From Octopus vulgaris (taxonomy: Eukaryota): DNA of 64,000 bases. Within the stretch, counting starts at the first letter, position 1. Each line of letters starts with the position of its first letter. The notes below the pieces were generated by a model. The model was given only the letters and a program-made list of their open reading frames with translations. It ran no database searches and had not been told where the DNA came from. The translations under genes and the position numbers were made by a program. The stretch covers positions 12,710,001 to 12,774,000 of the forward strand of contig OX597814.1 of NCBI GenBank assembly GCA_951406725.2, in the 5' to 3' direction. This document shows, in pieces, positions 39,801 to 53,159 of the stretch.

Positions 39801-40509
39801 CATTTATTAATTTTAATGGTAATATTAAAGTGTGTAGTAAAATAAAAGACTGTATAAATATTATTTCCACTCTTTACAAATGCAAACAATTTCGTATAAT
39901 CTAGATTTATATTTCATTTCCGTTATTGTATTGGACAATAAACTAAAAATTACCGTTATGAATTCTAAAAATATCATGTATAAAATGTTAAATATCTCTT
40001 ATAAATTAATATGTATGATTCCCCACCATCATTCTTTCCTCTTCTCTCTCAGCTTCTCTCACTCGCAGCTTATCTAACTCAGCAGCTATCAAAATAAAAA
40101 GGGCACATCTGAAATTATTTACCCTAATGCATGCTAATAATACAAACAAGTCTTTTGTGGCATACTTGTATTTATTCATCTGTTATTGATGTTTATTCCG
40201 CTAATTCCACGTTTCTGGATTTCTGGATTCGAAAAAATCACGATGGCGTCAGCAACAGCATTTTGAGATATTTGTTTCCCCCTCCTCGCAATTTATCAGA
40301 TGCAGCTGTGTATCGTTAACCAGCTAGAGGAGATGTCTTGTTGGGATTAAAAAAAATGCAGTATAGTCCGTCCGTACGGAACAACTATGTTAAAGTGGCT
40401 GCAAACATTACTTGCAAGTACAACTACTGCGATCGTCTCTTAGAGAGATTTTTTAACCTGCTTTTTAGCTGATATATATACGTACATACATACATACATA
40501 CATACATAC

Positions 40510-40554
<45 letters not shown>

Positions 40555-40649
40555 TTTAACTACTTCCGTCTTTTAGTACGTGACCTCGTCTGTATCACTT
40601 GCGATTTTTCCCCCCTGTCTTCCCTTCTCGGGATCTTTCCTTCTCCTAT

Positions 40650-40684
40650 GTTTCCAACGAAGAGCTCCGCTCGAAACGTCAAAC
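40650..40684 (+). ncRNA. Minimal hammerhead-like motif with mutated core, in a PLE-like end (about 40555-40790) between (TA)n tracts
   Basis: GTTT-CCAACGA-A-GAGC(TCC)GCTC-GAAA-CG-TC-AAAC. Stems I and II and the GUC site are intact, but the core deviates from CUGANGA at two positions. Confidence 0.6.
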
Positions 40685-40786
40685 CCTCCTTCTTCCCTTC
40701 TTTCCTGAGCGTCCAATAATACTTTATTTGTTCCACGTCCTTTCGTTGTTGTTTTTTTGTTTTTGTTTTCTTGTTTGGATTAACTT

Positions 40787-40823
<37 letters not shown>

Positions 40824-40855
40824 ATGTGTGTGTGTATGTATGTATATAAAATAAT

Positions 40856-41088
40856 AAATGCGCCCTTTTAAAGCCTAGCCTGGCTCATGGGCCCGGTTTC
40901 CCGGTTTCTATGGCGTATGTGTTCTCCAGCTGTACGGGACGTCACTCCAGCGCAGCGTTACTCATTTTTGCCAGCTGAGTGGACGGGAGCAACGCTAAAG
41001 AACACAACGCGTCACCCGGTCCAGGAATCGAAACCACACTCTTACGATCATGGTGCTGGCACCCTAAACACTAAGCCACGCGCATCCA

Positions 41089-41089
<1 letters not shown>
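40856..41089 (-). mobile_element. tRNA-derived SINE
   Basis: Minus strand gtggatgcgcgtggcttagtgtttagggtg...ggtttcgattcctggaccggg. Confidence 0.8.
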
Positions 41090-41172
<83 letters not shown>

Positions 41173-41331
41173 CTTGTATACTGTAAACTCAACGGGACAG
41201 TCCCGTAAGGGAATTACACCACCGCCATTTAGCCCTAGGAAACATCGACGTTTCCTGTCGGCTTTGACACATTTTATGTGTCCATATATTTGAAAAGGGA
41301 AGGCAATCACCCCGCCAGCTAGGACTAAGCA

Positions 41332-41377
41332 CCTGAAGACATATGTTTCTGAGTGTAATGCTCCTCATCAGTCCAGG
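41332..41377 (-). ncRNA. Type I hammerhead ribozyme motif
   Basis: Minus strand CCTGGA-CTGATGA-gGAGcattacaCTCa-GAAA-CATATG-TC-TTCAGG. Stem I has 6 bp (one GU), the core is canonical, the site is GUC, stem III is palindromic, and the stem II closing pair is G.A. Confidence 0.8.
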
Positions 41378-41564
41378 GTAGTCAGTTTCGCTCGCTGAGA
41401 TGACTGTAACCTCTCAGCAAATATATCCTATTTTCAGTAAGATTCATTTACTGATCACCGAAATTAGAAATATTGAATTTCTAAATGTCTCAGGGAGACA
41501 TGAGCGGTGGTAGAGCGATATAGTGGTTGTATCCTGTCTTTAGGTGCTAGTCTCAGCTGGAGTA

Positions 41565-41950
41565 TCTGTAGGTATGAGAGGAAATTTTGGAATAAAGACA
41601 TTTTCTTCTTTGTGACTACCTGTTATGATTGCTGCCTGTGGGACATAGGGCTTCATGGAAGTAACAACTAACCGAGTTCCTTTACACAAGCGAGGTGGGT
41701 CAAGATTCCTAAGCAAAATAATGGAAATATCAAGTTATGTGGGGGTATCTCAGTGGGTTTAAGTGAGTTCAGAAATTGAACATGGTATTGAACAATCTGA
41801 TCTTGATCGACTGTTGTGTGAATTGATGAAAAAGTCATTTCTGACGTATTTGTTAACTTTTGAAGAAGTTCATGAATGAGTTTCTCAATTATTTCATTAG
41901 TTGGAGCCAGTATAGCTCTTTCACATAACCATTTTACATCAATGTAATTG
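41565..41950 (-). mobile_element. Helitron PIF1-like helicase fragment (pseudogenised)
   Basis: WLCERAILAPTNE...QYHVQFLNSLKPTEIPPHNL, then after a frameshift LLRNLDPPRLCKGTRL and VFIPKFPLIPTD. Confidence 0.9.
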
Positions 41951-43648
41951 ACAATCACACATGCACTCTCACATCCGCTAACACATACATTCTCACATAC
42001 ATATACTAATATGGACACGCACTGACATATATTTAGGTAAATACGCGCAAAAACACATACACACACATATACAAAATGTCTCGTCGTGGTGGTGGTATAA
42101 AATGTTCTTTATTATCTCATACGTAACGAACGCGCAAACGGTCACACACTCAGAGACACATACATACTCATATAAAGATGTGTGGTCGTCGTCGTCGTCT
42201 TTGTGGTATAAAATGTACTTTACTATGTTGTATGTAACGAACGCACAAACACACACACATATTCCAAATGTGACGTCATGGTGGTATAAAGTGTCTTTAC
42301 TATAGTTGACTATAGAAATATTATTTTAGATAACATGTTACATTGCTTTAATCCAAATGAAAAATTACATGTTGACACTCGCAGTGTGTCAACATGTAAT
42401 TGAAAGAATATGATTCATAATTTAAATATGGAAATTTGTGATCTTTGAATGTATAAGAGTATGAACAAGCTTAAAATACTGTAAACAACTAAATTAAAGT
42501 ATAACGAAATAGCATTTTTTCTTAATACTTTTTATGTAGTGGTCGAAGGAAGCTCTGGCTTTCGATGGGAGAGGTCCACAAAACATTTCCTGATAGAGAG
42601 ACTGACAGCCTATTTCATTTCGAGAGTGAATCATCACGTATCACTTGGTCTGAAACAGATGTCATATAGCTGCAATAAAATGCAGTATCACCAACAATAA
42701 TATGATTTCTTTATGATATCACCCAGTAATCTATCAAGTCCATTTACGCATTTATCAATACATATTGCTCTCATTACTTCCCTTCCTCACTTTATGCCGC
42801 CATCGTAGATGGGTGCATTTGCTAATAATGATAATGGAAGCATGGACCTGACCATATTTTATTTTCTGAATTTGTTTATATGTCTTTACGGGTACTCAAC
42901 TCTCTATCTTTCCCGCTCTTTCTCTATCCATACTTTTTTCACTCAATCCTTCTCTCTTTATCTTTCTCTTCCTCCCTCTCTCTACAAACATACATACTTA
43001 CATGCATACAGACTTATATACATATAATGTGCTATGTGTATATATATACACAGACACACATCTGAATAAGCTCTCTGCTAATATGCTACCACTTCATTTA
43101 TGCCGTAACTGAATTATTCGCAGTTATGGAGATCGAATACCCATATGAAAACTTTCACTTTCGTTCTTAATATCTGAACAGCAATGTGTCTACTGCGAAG
43201 ATAATTAAATTTCTCCGCCGTGTACAGTTTGTTACATGTTGTTACCGTAGATAAGTATATATCTTCTTTGTTAAGAAAAAGTGCTATGCCACAGTGATTG
43301 GCATTCTATTGGCTTCATGGGCTATGCCTAATATTAATCTTTTGAATATAAATTCTCTTATCCACTTCAATTTGTTTTTTGCTGTTAGGTTTGAGCACAA
43401 TACCGTAGTTGGTTCCATGTTTCTAACAAGACTATCACCGGTTTGCTACTTCTACAGAGTTGGCATTTATAACCCCCACCCCCAAATACCAATCCATGCA
43501 GTGCTTCGTCAGTTACTCAGGAGAGTTCTGTTCGAAGGTACAATTTAACGAGTTGCTTTCAAATATTTATTTTTGTTCATTTTACATTGTTCAAAGTCAA
43601 CTTCCCATGACATACACATAGAAACACCCACAACCATATACATACACA

Positions 43649-43714
<66 letters not shown>

Positions 43715-43739
43715 AACTCAGACTCACAAACTCACAGGG

Positions 43740-43968
43740 GAGGCGGCGAGCTGGCAGAGTGGTTACCACGCCGGGCGAAATGCTTTGCGGTATTTCGTCC
43801 GCCGCTGCGTTCTCAGTTCAAATTCCGTCGAGGTCGACTTTGCCTTTCATCCTTTCGGGATCGATAAATTAAGTACCAGTTACACACTGGGGTCGATGTA
43901 ATCGACTTAATCCGTTTGTCTGTCCTTGTTTGTCCCCTCTATGTTTAGCCCCTTGTGGGTAGTAAAGA
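43740..43968 (+). mobile_element. SINE family C, full length
   Basis: Reverse complement of 6703-6940. Confidence 0.92.
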
Positions 43969-44605
43969 TATACATACTCACAGACTCACACAAACGCGCA
44001 AACGCTCACACTTACATCAGAGGAGGAGATATTATATAATAAAGCGTCGATAAAATTGCAGCGCATAACACGCAGGTTGTTACAATAAAGCAATATAGAA
44101 CCTAAGACGAAATATATAATTGATTTAAAATAGAAAAGAGAATTGAAGACTGCGTTTTGCTGCAATTTCAAATGAATATCAATAGAGACCACGTAGCAAT
44201 ATTAGTCATAAGCCCAGTACTTTGCTTACTGTGGGAGGATAAGTAATTGACAGTTAGAGAATGGTAGAAATGAACATCGATTTAAATTACTATGTTAAAA
44301 TATAAAATAGTTCAGAATATGTAAAAAGAATTACAGACGTAAACAACAAGGAAATATGATAAATGTTCAAAATAAGATAATATGACACCAGTTGTCTTGC
44401 TATAATTCGAGAATAATACACTGCCTTTGTTTAAAATATTTCTGAACATAATGATACATTTAGTAAAAAAACAAAATACGTATTATTATTTTGCTGATTT
44501 TTATAAAGGAAATCAATATGATTAGATCAATTTAAAATAAGTTTTTTATCATAGAAACAAGGCGTTTCATGCAATTTAATATCAAAAGAGTTAAAATAAC
44601 ATGTA

Positions 44606-44683
<78 letters not shown>

Positions 44684-44742
44684 CACATATATACACAATT
44701 ATATGAAAGGTGTTAAACATAAATTACAAAATCATAAATTGC

Positions 44743-44806
<64 letters not shown>

Positions 44807-45964
44807 TAAAATAAATGGAATGTCTGTCTTAGGGCTTCACAAAAAAATATTGAAGAAGTGTCAAATGTTTGAATTATTGCAGGATGAAGAGTCAATCTGC
44901 TGTTTACTTAGTATGTAGTACATGTCACCGTTAGAATTTTGTCAGTTGAGTTTTAAGCATTTAACCTATTTTGTTCAGTATGTGCATTCAAAGTCAATGC
45001 AGTGTTCAAATCGAGATGACAGTACTCTGTTGATATTTAAATGCAGTTAAGGATTACCTGTTCACAATAAAATTTGAGATTATATCCAGTGATTGAAACG
45101 AATGACTTTTTCTAATCTCTTTCGCCACATTCTAAACGGTTTGTTTTTTTCATCTTTCCATCTGTCTCTTTCTTTTTTCCAGTCGTACAGGAGAGTAGTT
45201 CTTTGTGTTACTCAATATTTCTCCGTCGTAGAGCCTACGGCCTTATCGTTTGTATATATATAATTTATTTTGTTTGTATATCGACATTTTGTTGTGGTTG
45301 TTTTAGTCATTTTCCTGTCCTGTATATTCGTTCACTATTACTACTGGCTTCTCGCCGCTGGTACCACAATTTGTTGTTTCTGTAAAATATTTGGAACATT
45401 ATATATATATGTATATACATATATGAGTATATATATCCTCATATACATCCATACACAGAGATAGATAGATATATATATAGATAGATATGGAGAAAGATTA
45501 GAAAAATCTTTTGGACTGAAACATTGGGTTAGAATTTGAATTTAAATCTTAAATTTGATTACGTATATTCTGTTTAATTCCATTTCAACATCACCATAGT
45601 ATTCTGAACCCCACCTAAAAAGTACTTTGCCTTTAAATGCATTTGTTGAACAAAATAAGTTAAATGTCTAACATTTACATATATAATACAATTGTATCTT
45701 TACAAATCAGTGCAAATAAAACAAAAACACAAGCTCTTTGGATCAGTAGTACATCATGGTTAAACCAATGCTTCAACTCACACCTTTAGTATAACCATGA
45801 TGTTCTAGAGATTTGATGTTCCAGGTCTCTTTCTGTGCAATGATTTGTAAATATACAACAGTATTTTATAATGCTTAGTCCGCATATTAAAACAAATGGT
45901 TAAATATATTCACCTGTCATATCTCTTCATTTTTATGGTATATTATATATATATATAGAGAGAG

Positions 45965-46183
45965 AGATATTGGTAAAATCGGTAAGATAACAAAAGAAAG
46001 AAAGAGACCTCAATATTATGTAAATAGAGGAAATTTATCTGTAAATTAATAAGTGACAAATATTCAATAGTCAAGATAGAACCCTGAGTTTCGGATGCCG
46101 AAGAGATGGTGTTGTGGATTTCCACTTCGGTATCCGAAAGAGTTTTATCTTGACTATTGAATATTTGTCACATATTAATTTAC

Positions 46184-46188
<5 letters not shown>
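45965..46188. mobile_element. Fold-back PLE-like terminus with truncated hammerhead half
   Basis: 46036-46103 pairs imperfectly with 46125-46188. The left arm on the - strand reads ...ccGAAACTCAGGGTT, similar to the stem III at 27786. One-sided tail at 45965-46035. Flanked by (TA)n. Confidence 0.7.
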
Positions 46189-46231
<43 letters not shown>

Positions 46232-47309
46232 TTAATTATATGTGTATATGCTTATTGAGTATTTAATTTCTCGAATATGAATACACATGAATATGAAAAA
46301 AATTATACCCATGCTTATTTAAACTTCTTGCAAATCCATGAAATGTTTCGGTTTGAAGATCAGAATGTTGAGCACAGCTATTGGTTTTCTTGTACTTTTC
46401 AGCTTGTCAGGATTCACTTATTTTCTGTCCAAAGATTATTAGTAATATTGAGGAATACTATTTTCTACAACGTAAATAAAATGTACTTCGACATATTACA
46501 TTTACAAAATAAAATAAGTTACGTTCAGAAAACAAATTATATAGTGCGATTTCTATATAGGTTATGAAAAAAAAATATATGGAGTCAGTATATACATACA
46601 TACTGAGAAATTAGGCTTTTCAAAATCAGAAATGAGAAAGCTAATTTGAAGTCTACAGATCAAATCTATCACTGGAAGTGTAAAAATCTGTAAAACTTTC
46701 CAGAAGCCCATCATTTAAATGTTTCTGCCCATATACATATGTACAAACAAACAAACAAAACATCCTGTTGTTGATGTTGAAATTTCAATGAATTAGATGA
46801 GTTAGAAATCGCTTTTTCTCTATGGGCAACAAATCTTGAAATAAAATGGAACAATGACATGCATACACACACACACACGCGCACATCTATATTTATATAT
46901 ACATGTATATATGCGCTGCAATTTTGTCGATGCTTTATTATATAATAACTCCTCCTCTGAGTTCGATCCTCATCGCAAGCTGTAGAAAATGCCACGGTGG
47001 CTCTTAATTCCAAAGCGAGACAAATTACACATGTCTATAGTTTCGTATATTTAGACATTCATATACAAAAGGCTTCTGCATTGCTTTCGTTTAAGAAATT
47101 CCTCTCGCTAGGCATTATTCAACCGATGCTGCTACAAAACACTTGCTCATACTATCGTGTTGCAGAATAAAAAATGTCACCTTATGGCAAAACAAACGTC
47201 TTAATCATGAAACTATGCCTGCCCCAAGAATATTTTGTCGCTGAATTAATAAAAAAATTACCTATTGACAGATTTTAATGTAAGACGAAATATTCTAGAA
47301 GTTTTACTA

Positions 47310-47505
47310 CAAGTTGACAGAATGGTTAGCACTCCGAGCATAATGCTTAGCGGCATTTCATCTATCTTCACTCTCTGAGTTCAAATTCCGTCGAAGTTGA
47401 CTTTCTCTTCCCTCTTTTTAGGGGACGATAAAGTAAGTACTAGGATCGGTGTAATTGACTTATCTCCTTCCCCCAAAATGCTGACCTTGTGCCGAACTTT
47501 GAAAC
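47310..47505 (+). mobile_element. Degenerate family-C-like SINE
   Basis: ctgagttcaaattccgtcgaagttgacttt...gataaagtaagtac. Confidence 0.75.
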
Positions 47506-47514
47506 ATATTTTGT

Positions 47515-47670
47515 AGGCGTAGGAGTGGGTGTGTGGTAACTCGCTTGCTTCTCAGCCACATGGTTCCAGGTTCAGTCCCACTGCGTGCCACTGTCGGCAG
47601 GGGTTTTCTACTATAGCCTCGTAGAGACCAAAGCGAGTGGATTTGGTAGACGGAAACTGAAAGAAGCCCG

Positions 47671-47714
<44 letters not shown>

Positions 47715-47947
47715 GTATATATATATTTATATATGTGTGTGTGTGTGTATGTATGAATATATATGTGTGTGTGTCTTTGTGTCTGTGTTTGTCCCCCGTA
47801 GCTTAGCGGTGCGGTTAAAAAGACCGATAGAATTCGTACTAGGCTTAAAAGATAAGTCCTTGAGTCGATTTCTTCGACTTTCACCCTTCAATGCCGTGCT
47901 CCAGCATGGCTGCAGTCAAATGAGTGAAAGAAGTAAAAGAATAAAAG
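47515..47947 (+). mobile_element. SINE family A, diverged, with expanded internal (TA)/(TG) tract
   Basis: Head and tail match 4100-4268 and 4605-4735. Confidence 0.88.
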
Positions 47948-50099
47948 AATCTCACAAATTTTGATGACAATTGTGTGATGTATTCTTCCAAGTGCTTCAA
48001 TAAAAAATCTTTGTCGAAAGGTTATTATTATTACTTTGCCTCTTGGCATTCTCGATCGCGCAACTTGTGCTTGTTAAACATTGTTTAATAAGTGCATTAT
48101 CTATAAGACACTCTCGAATGTTTTGAGAGAATCTCTGTTATTATTTCCTGCAGATAGAATGGCAATGTAGATGCGCCCTCTTCAGCACAGGAAATTATCT
48201 ATCTCTAATGCTTTTAGATAATAATGGCGGATGATTGTTATTGTTATTTTACCCCTCATCGGATCCAAATGAATTGAAAGATATCGAATATCATCTAACG
48301 ATGACAATACGATCTTATATTATACGTAGCTTATTCGAAACTACATTGTTAAAAGTGTAGACTTTCACGCGTGAGATTTTTATTTTAGGGAGCCTTGACT
48401 GCTATTCCTGGCATGCTAAGAAAATAACATATGGGTACTCTCGTTAGATTGCATTTCCTTAAGAAAGTAACGTCTAATAACTGTTTATAGTTGAGTATTT
48501 GCATTCACACATACAAACCGATCACACAGTAGCATAGATGTACATTATTAACACTGCAGAATGTTTTGTATAATTTACTCATAGTTCAATACTGCACGTT
48601 TCTAGAACTTATTTTATAGACCACAAAATCAACAAAGTCGAAACTATGATGATTGCAATTGATATGTACAAGGCTATAATACGGTATCGCAATTCAATTA
48701 ATGACATTTATTTATAAATTTATCCATATAAGTAGAACTGTAATTATGATAATAAATTTTTCAAATAATTACAAAGCTACAAATATTTGCCTTAGAATTA
48801 TTTTTATTTGTTCTGCACATATTGATAGTTGGAGAATGTAATGAGATTTGAAAGTAGGAAAATAAGAACAAATTGTTTTCTACAACTACATATCGCAATA
48901 GATTTAGCCCGAATTCCTACTTATTCTGTCCCCTTGTTACCTTTCAATATTAATGATATATAAGGTGGACACGTAGTCCATAACATATCCGCAATCAAAG
49001 TAGTCAATTAAATTGCTGTCAGGAATTAACATCTCCTTCCAATCATAGATCCCAGATTGATGTGTAGTAAATTCGACACACAGGATTTGAAGAGTGTAGT
49101 AAATTCGACACACAGGATTTGAACTCATAGTATAACCGGAATTGTAGTTCACAAAGTAATTTGTACCACTTTCTGTAATGTTGCCATTGCCCTGTTTTAT
49201 GGTCATAATAATATTAAAATTCGCCCTAAAATATAATATTCCTATCAATGACATCTTCACAGCATTGTCTAAAGCTGCAAAATTTCTTTTATCTTTTTTA
49301 AGTGTCCATTTACTGTCGTCCTCAAAGACCTATAGCAATTTTGCATTCCATTAGTATCTTCATATATTGAATTATTTGTATGTCTGTATTTTCAGAATAT
49401 TCAGTGTCCACGGAGACTTGTAATGGTATCAATTGTCAATACAATAGCTTCTTACGCACACTTAATAACATTATCTGACCATTTGCAGTGTCACAGCAAA
49501 ATAAGATTGTTTTATGAAGCACAGTATTAACGAAACGACAGAGAATTTGCATTATATAGTTCATGGTGAATTTAATAATAATGCCCTTTTATGATGACAC
49601 TAACGTAGCCAAGTTATAAAAGATTGTGCATGCAATATATAAGTAATATTGTTTATGATATAACGTTGAATAGTGATAAAGTAGCAGGATCGGTAATAAA
49701 ATGAAAGATTTAGTTATACATATTTACGCACAGCTACACTCATCAACGTCAGAGCATAGATGATCATGACTTTCATAGATCAAGGGTAAAGAAAGTATGT
49801 TGAGATGTTAAAATTAATGATATTTTGTTTCTAGTATATATTAAATTCCCTTGGAACTTTTAATTATATTTCAGGATGGCCTAATAAAAGACAGGATTTT
49901 TGTGGAAAGAAAAACAAAACGCATCTGTGGCGGCGTCTTTCACTCAAATTATATTAATATATAAATAATGCAAGCATGAGTGTGTGGATAAGAAGTTTAT
50001 GGAAAGAGATTTGTGCACTCCCAACAATACGGATGTGCAGCAGTGATTCAGTAGAAATTTGCCTGAAACTACCAAATGTTAAAGAATTACATAAGTATA

Positions 50100-50930
50100 A
50101 TAATTATCGTTTTTCGCACAACTGAGATTCCCCCATCTGCTGCCAAATGCAGTAGACATCTGCCAGGAGATCGTGTAGCATATGACGAAATATCTCGTAG
50201 AGCAGAGCACCCACGCCGGGTGACTTATCCATCTTGGGGCTCGGATTCACTCATCATATTTTGTCAGCTGTTACCGGCTTTTTGCGGAACTCTTCTTCCC
50301 GAGGCTGTGAGCTGCAGCAGGGATATAGTCCACTTCCATTTTCAGGTCACTCTTTTCCCCAACCACTTGAGCGAAGTACCACTGGAAAGTTTTACACATG
50401 TGCTTAGAATTAAGTAACACGCACCCTGTCCGATTCGACAAAACCGAAGTGGGTTTTGGGGCCGTGTTGTGCTTCTGCCACCCGGGTCCACTGAACGGCT
50501 TTCGTTCTTTGATGCCTTGGAGCAAACCCCTTATCTCTAACAATGCAGACTTCGTTCTTTGCATTGAAAGTCCGTCAAGAGTCAAGCTCATCACTCTCGC
50601 AAGATAAATCAGAATGCCTCTTCTAAGTGCCTCTTTTTGGTTACAACCTAGTTTAATCTCTTCTCTAGAATTCTCTAACCCTATATTTCACTAAATGTTA
50701 TCGATTATAATCCAATAGCCCTTTTCAGGGCTAACCACCATCGGTTTCTGATGATTGCGCACATCGGTTGCTAATGATTGCCCACTGATACCTATAGTTT
50801 CCAGCAACCTCTGCTCTAGAATTGACTATCAATATTTCTTACTAAATCCTCTCGATTCTAATCGAACAATCTTTTTCAGGGATAAACACTATCGGTATCT
50901 AACGATTACCCACATCACATCCCTGTAAAC
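50100..50930 (-). mobile_element. Decayed L1/Tx1-like ORF2 fragment (between endonuclease and RT) with a ~150-bp-period duplication
   Basis: Minus-strand remnant ..G.VL.NSKHMCKTFQWYFAQ resembles the L1/Tx1 linker. 50662-50765 resembles 50814-50916. Confidence 0.45.
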
Positions 50931-51317
50931 TAGCTCTCCAATTCAGTTTCTTTAACTTTGGCGCGCTGGGAAAGACACATTTAGTTTCAATTAACGTGGT
51001 GCTCATATATGAACTTGCCTAGATCTACCGTACACATAATAAATTGTTGGTCTGTATAAACGACTACTTCTGAATTGTGGGAAACCTATGTTACATCTGT
51101 CTACTTATCTTCACCTAACTCTGTCCAGATACGATATGGATGATCCAGTGCTGTTTCTTCATTTCCACATTGGTGCATTCAGGGCATCCAGGTGGTACCT
51201 GTCAACCAGTTGGGAATAACTCAAGAGTTTTGCCATGAAGAACAGCTATCAAAATGGGGTTCCAAATATGCACTAACACAATAACGTCCCTAGGAATACC
51301 TCCAAGATCGAGAAAAT

Positions 51318-51539
51318 TACCTACCTACTTACCTACCCAACTACCTACCTACCTACCTACCTACCTACCTACCTACCTACCTACCTACCTACCTACCTAC
51401 CTACATACATACATACATACCTACCTAAATACATACATACCTACCTACCTCTCTACCTACTTGCCTGGCTACCTCAATCTCTCTCTATGTATGTATGTAT
51501 GTATGTATGTATGTATGTATGTATGTATGTATGTATCTT

Positions 51540-51586
<47 letters not shown>
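51318..51586. repeat. (CCTA)n/(CATA)n/(TATG)n/(CTAT)n compound microsatellite
   Basis: Directly visible. Confidence 0.96.
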
Positions 51587-51656
51587 ACCTCTCGTACTTA
51601 CACTCCCTGCGTACAGATTTACGTTTATATAGTTTATTTCTATATTCACTTACTGA

Positions 51657-51995
51657 AGGTGCAATGGCCCAGTGGTCAGGACAGTGGTCTCGCGGCCGTA
51701 GGATCGCGGTTTCGATTCCTAGACAAGACGTTGTGAGTGCTTATTGAGCGAAAAACCCTAAATCTCCACGAACCTTGCTTCACACTTTCACTACAACTTT
51801 CTCTCACTCTTTCTTCCTGTTTTTGTTGTACCTGTATTTCAAAGGGCCAACCTTGCCACACGGAATCTCCCTGATAACTATATTAAAGGTACACTTGACA
51901 CTGGAGTGCTCAGCCACTTGCACGTAAATTTCAGGAGCAGGCTTCTCCGTTGATCGTAACAGCTGGAACCCTCGTCGTCGCAACCGACAGAGCGT
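51657..51995 (+). mobile_element. SINE family D, diverged
   Basis: Colinear with 7393-7773. Confidence 0.9.
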
Positions 51996-53118
51996 CACGA
52001 TATCCACATACCAATATGTCTGTGTATATTTATGTAGTCATTCTTCCTCTGTTTTGTACATTCTCATCTGATCTCCTTTACTCTAACAGTGAATCTTTTC
52101 TATCTGTTTCTAACGACTTTTTCATATACTATGTTTCTTCCACGCGCTCTTATATATTTTCTTCCTATTTATTATCCTTCGTCCTAATACATTTAATAAT
52201 TATATTTCTACCGTAGCACTGAATCCTAAACTGCTATTCAGCAACCTTCAAAATTAATTAAACCCTTCCAATCCGAAAATTGGTGGCAGCAAGACACATG
52301 CATACACACATATTCTCACAAATATTGTTCTAATATTTTACTTATTTACTGTTTTAGGTCTCAATTATTGCATTGTTTTGATACTGCATTGATATTTCTC
52401 TAGTCGTGAATATATTTTAGTCAGAGAGAGTGTATAATGATCTCCATTTAGTTTATCATATCAATTACACCGATATTATTTAATTATACCAACAAATTAC
52501 TTTTAAGTGATACTTCGAAAGTTACACCAGGTCCTTTTGAACATATAATTAATAATCCGATTGCAATAAAACTAGAAGTATATTTGTGCATCTGTAACAC
52601 CAACGGATCATGTCTCCAGCATTCTTTCACATAAGATCTTGAATTAAATAGTGTAAACTTTAATAATATATAAGAGGATTATCAAAGCAAATGTAAATCA
52701 GGAAGTGCGTCTCTACATAGATTTACTGTTAATCACATATTAGAAAAGGGATGAAAATTAAGCGAAAGAATTGCGTCTATGAAAAACTATATAGGTAGAC
52801 AAAAATCTGCTGTATATGTACACACATGTACACGCAGATATACATGTATATATCCATATTTTTAAGGCGTGTGCGAAATACTTTCATATCATATATACAA
52901 TGGTGCTGAGTTGATTGTGTAGGTATACGTGTATATGGGAACACGCGTGTCTATGTGTTTGTGTGTATGCGTTGTATGCATACATGCATGTATGGATATC
53001 TATCCATATATATATTTCAGCACTCTCTCGTATAAACAAACATACTCACACACTATCACACACACACACAAACGCACATACACACCAATACACACGCGCG
53101 CACACGCTCACACACTGG

Positions 53119-53158
<40 letters not shown>

Positions 53159-53159
<1 letters not shown>

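Noticed and set aside
44872-44916. ttgcag|28 nt|gtatgt micro-exon-like pattern
   Set aside because: Weak pyrimidine tract and no partner exons. Expected by chance in 64 kb.
49062-49123. Short direct repeats (also 30958/30989, 61362/61400, 63818/63877) as CRISPR-like
   Set aside because: Only two units each, with no regular spacers, no cas genes and a eukaryotic context. They are local duplications.
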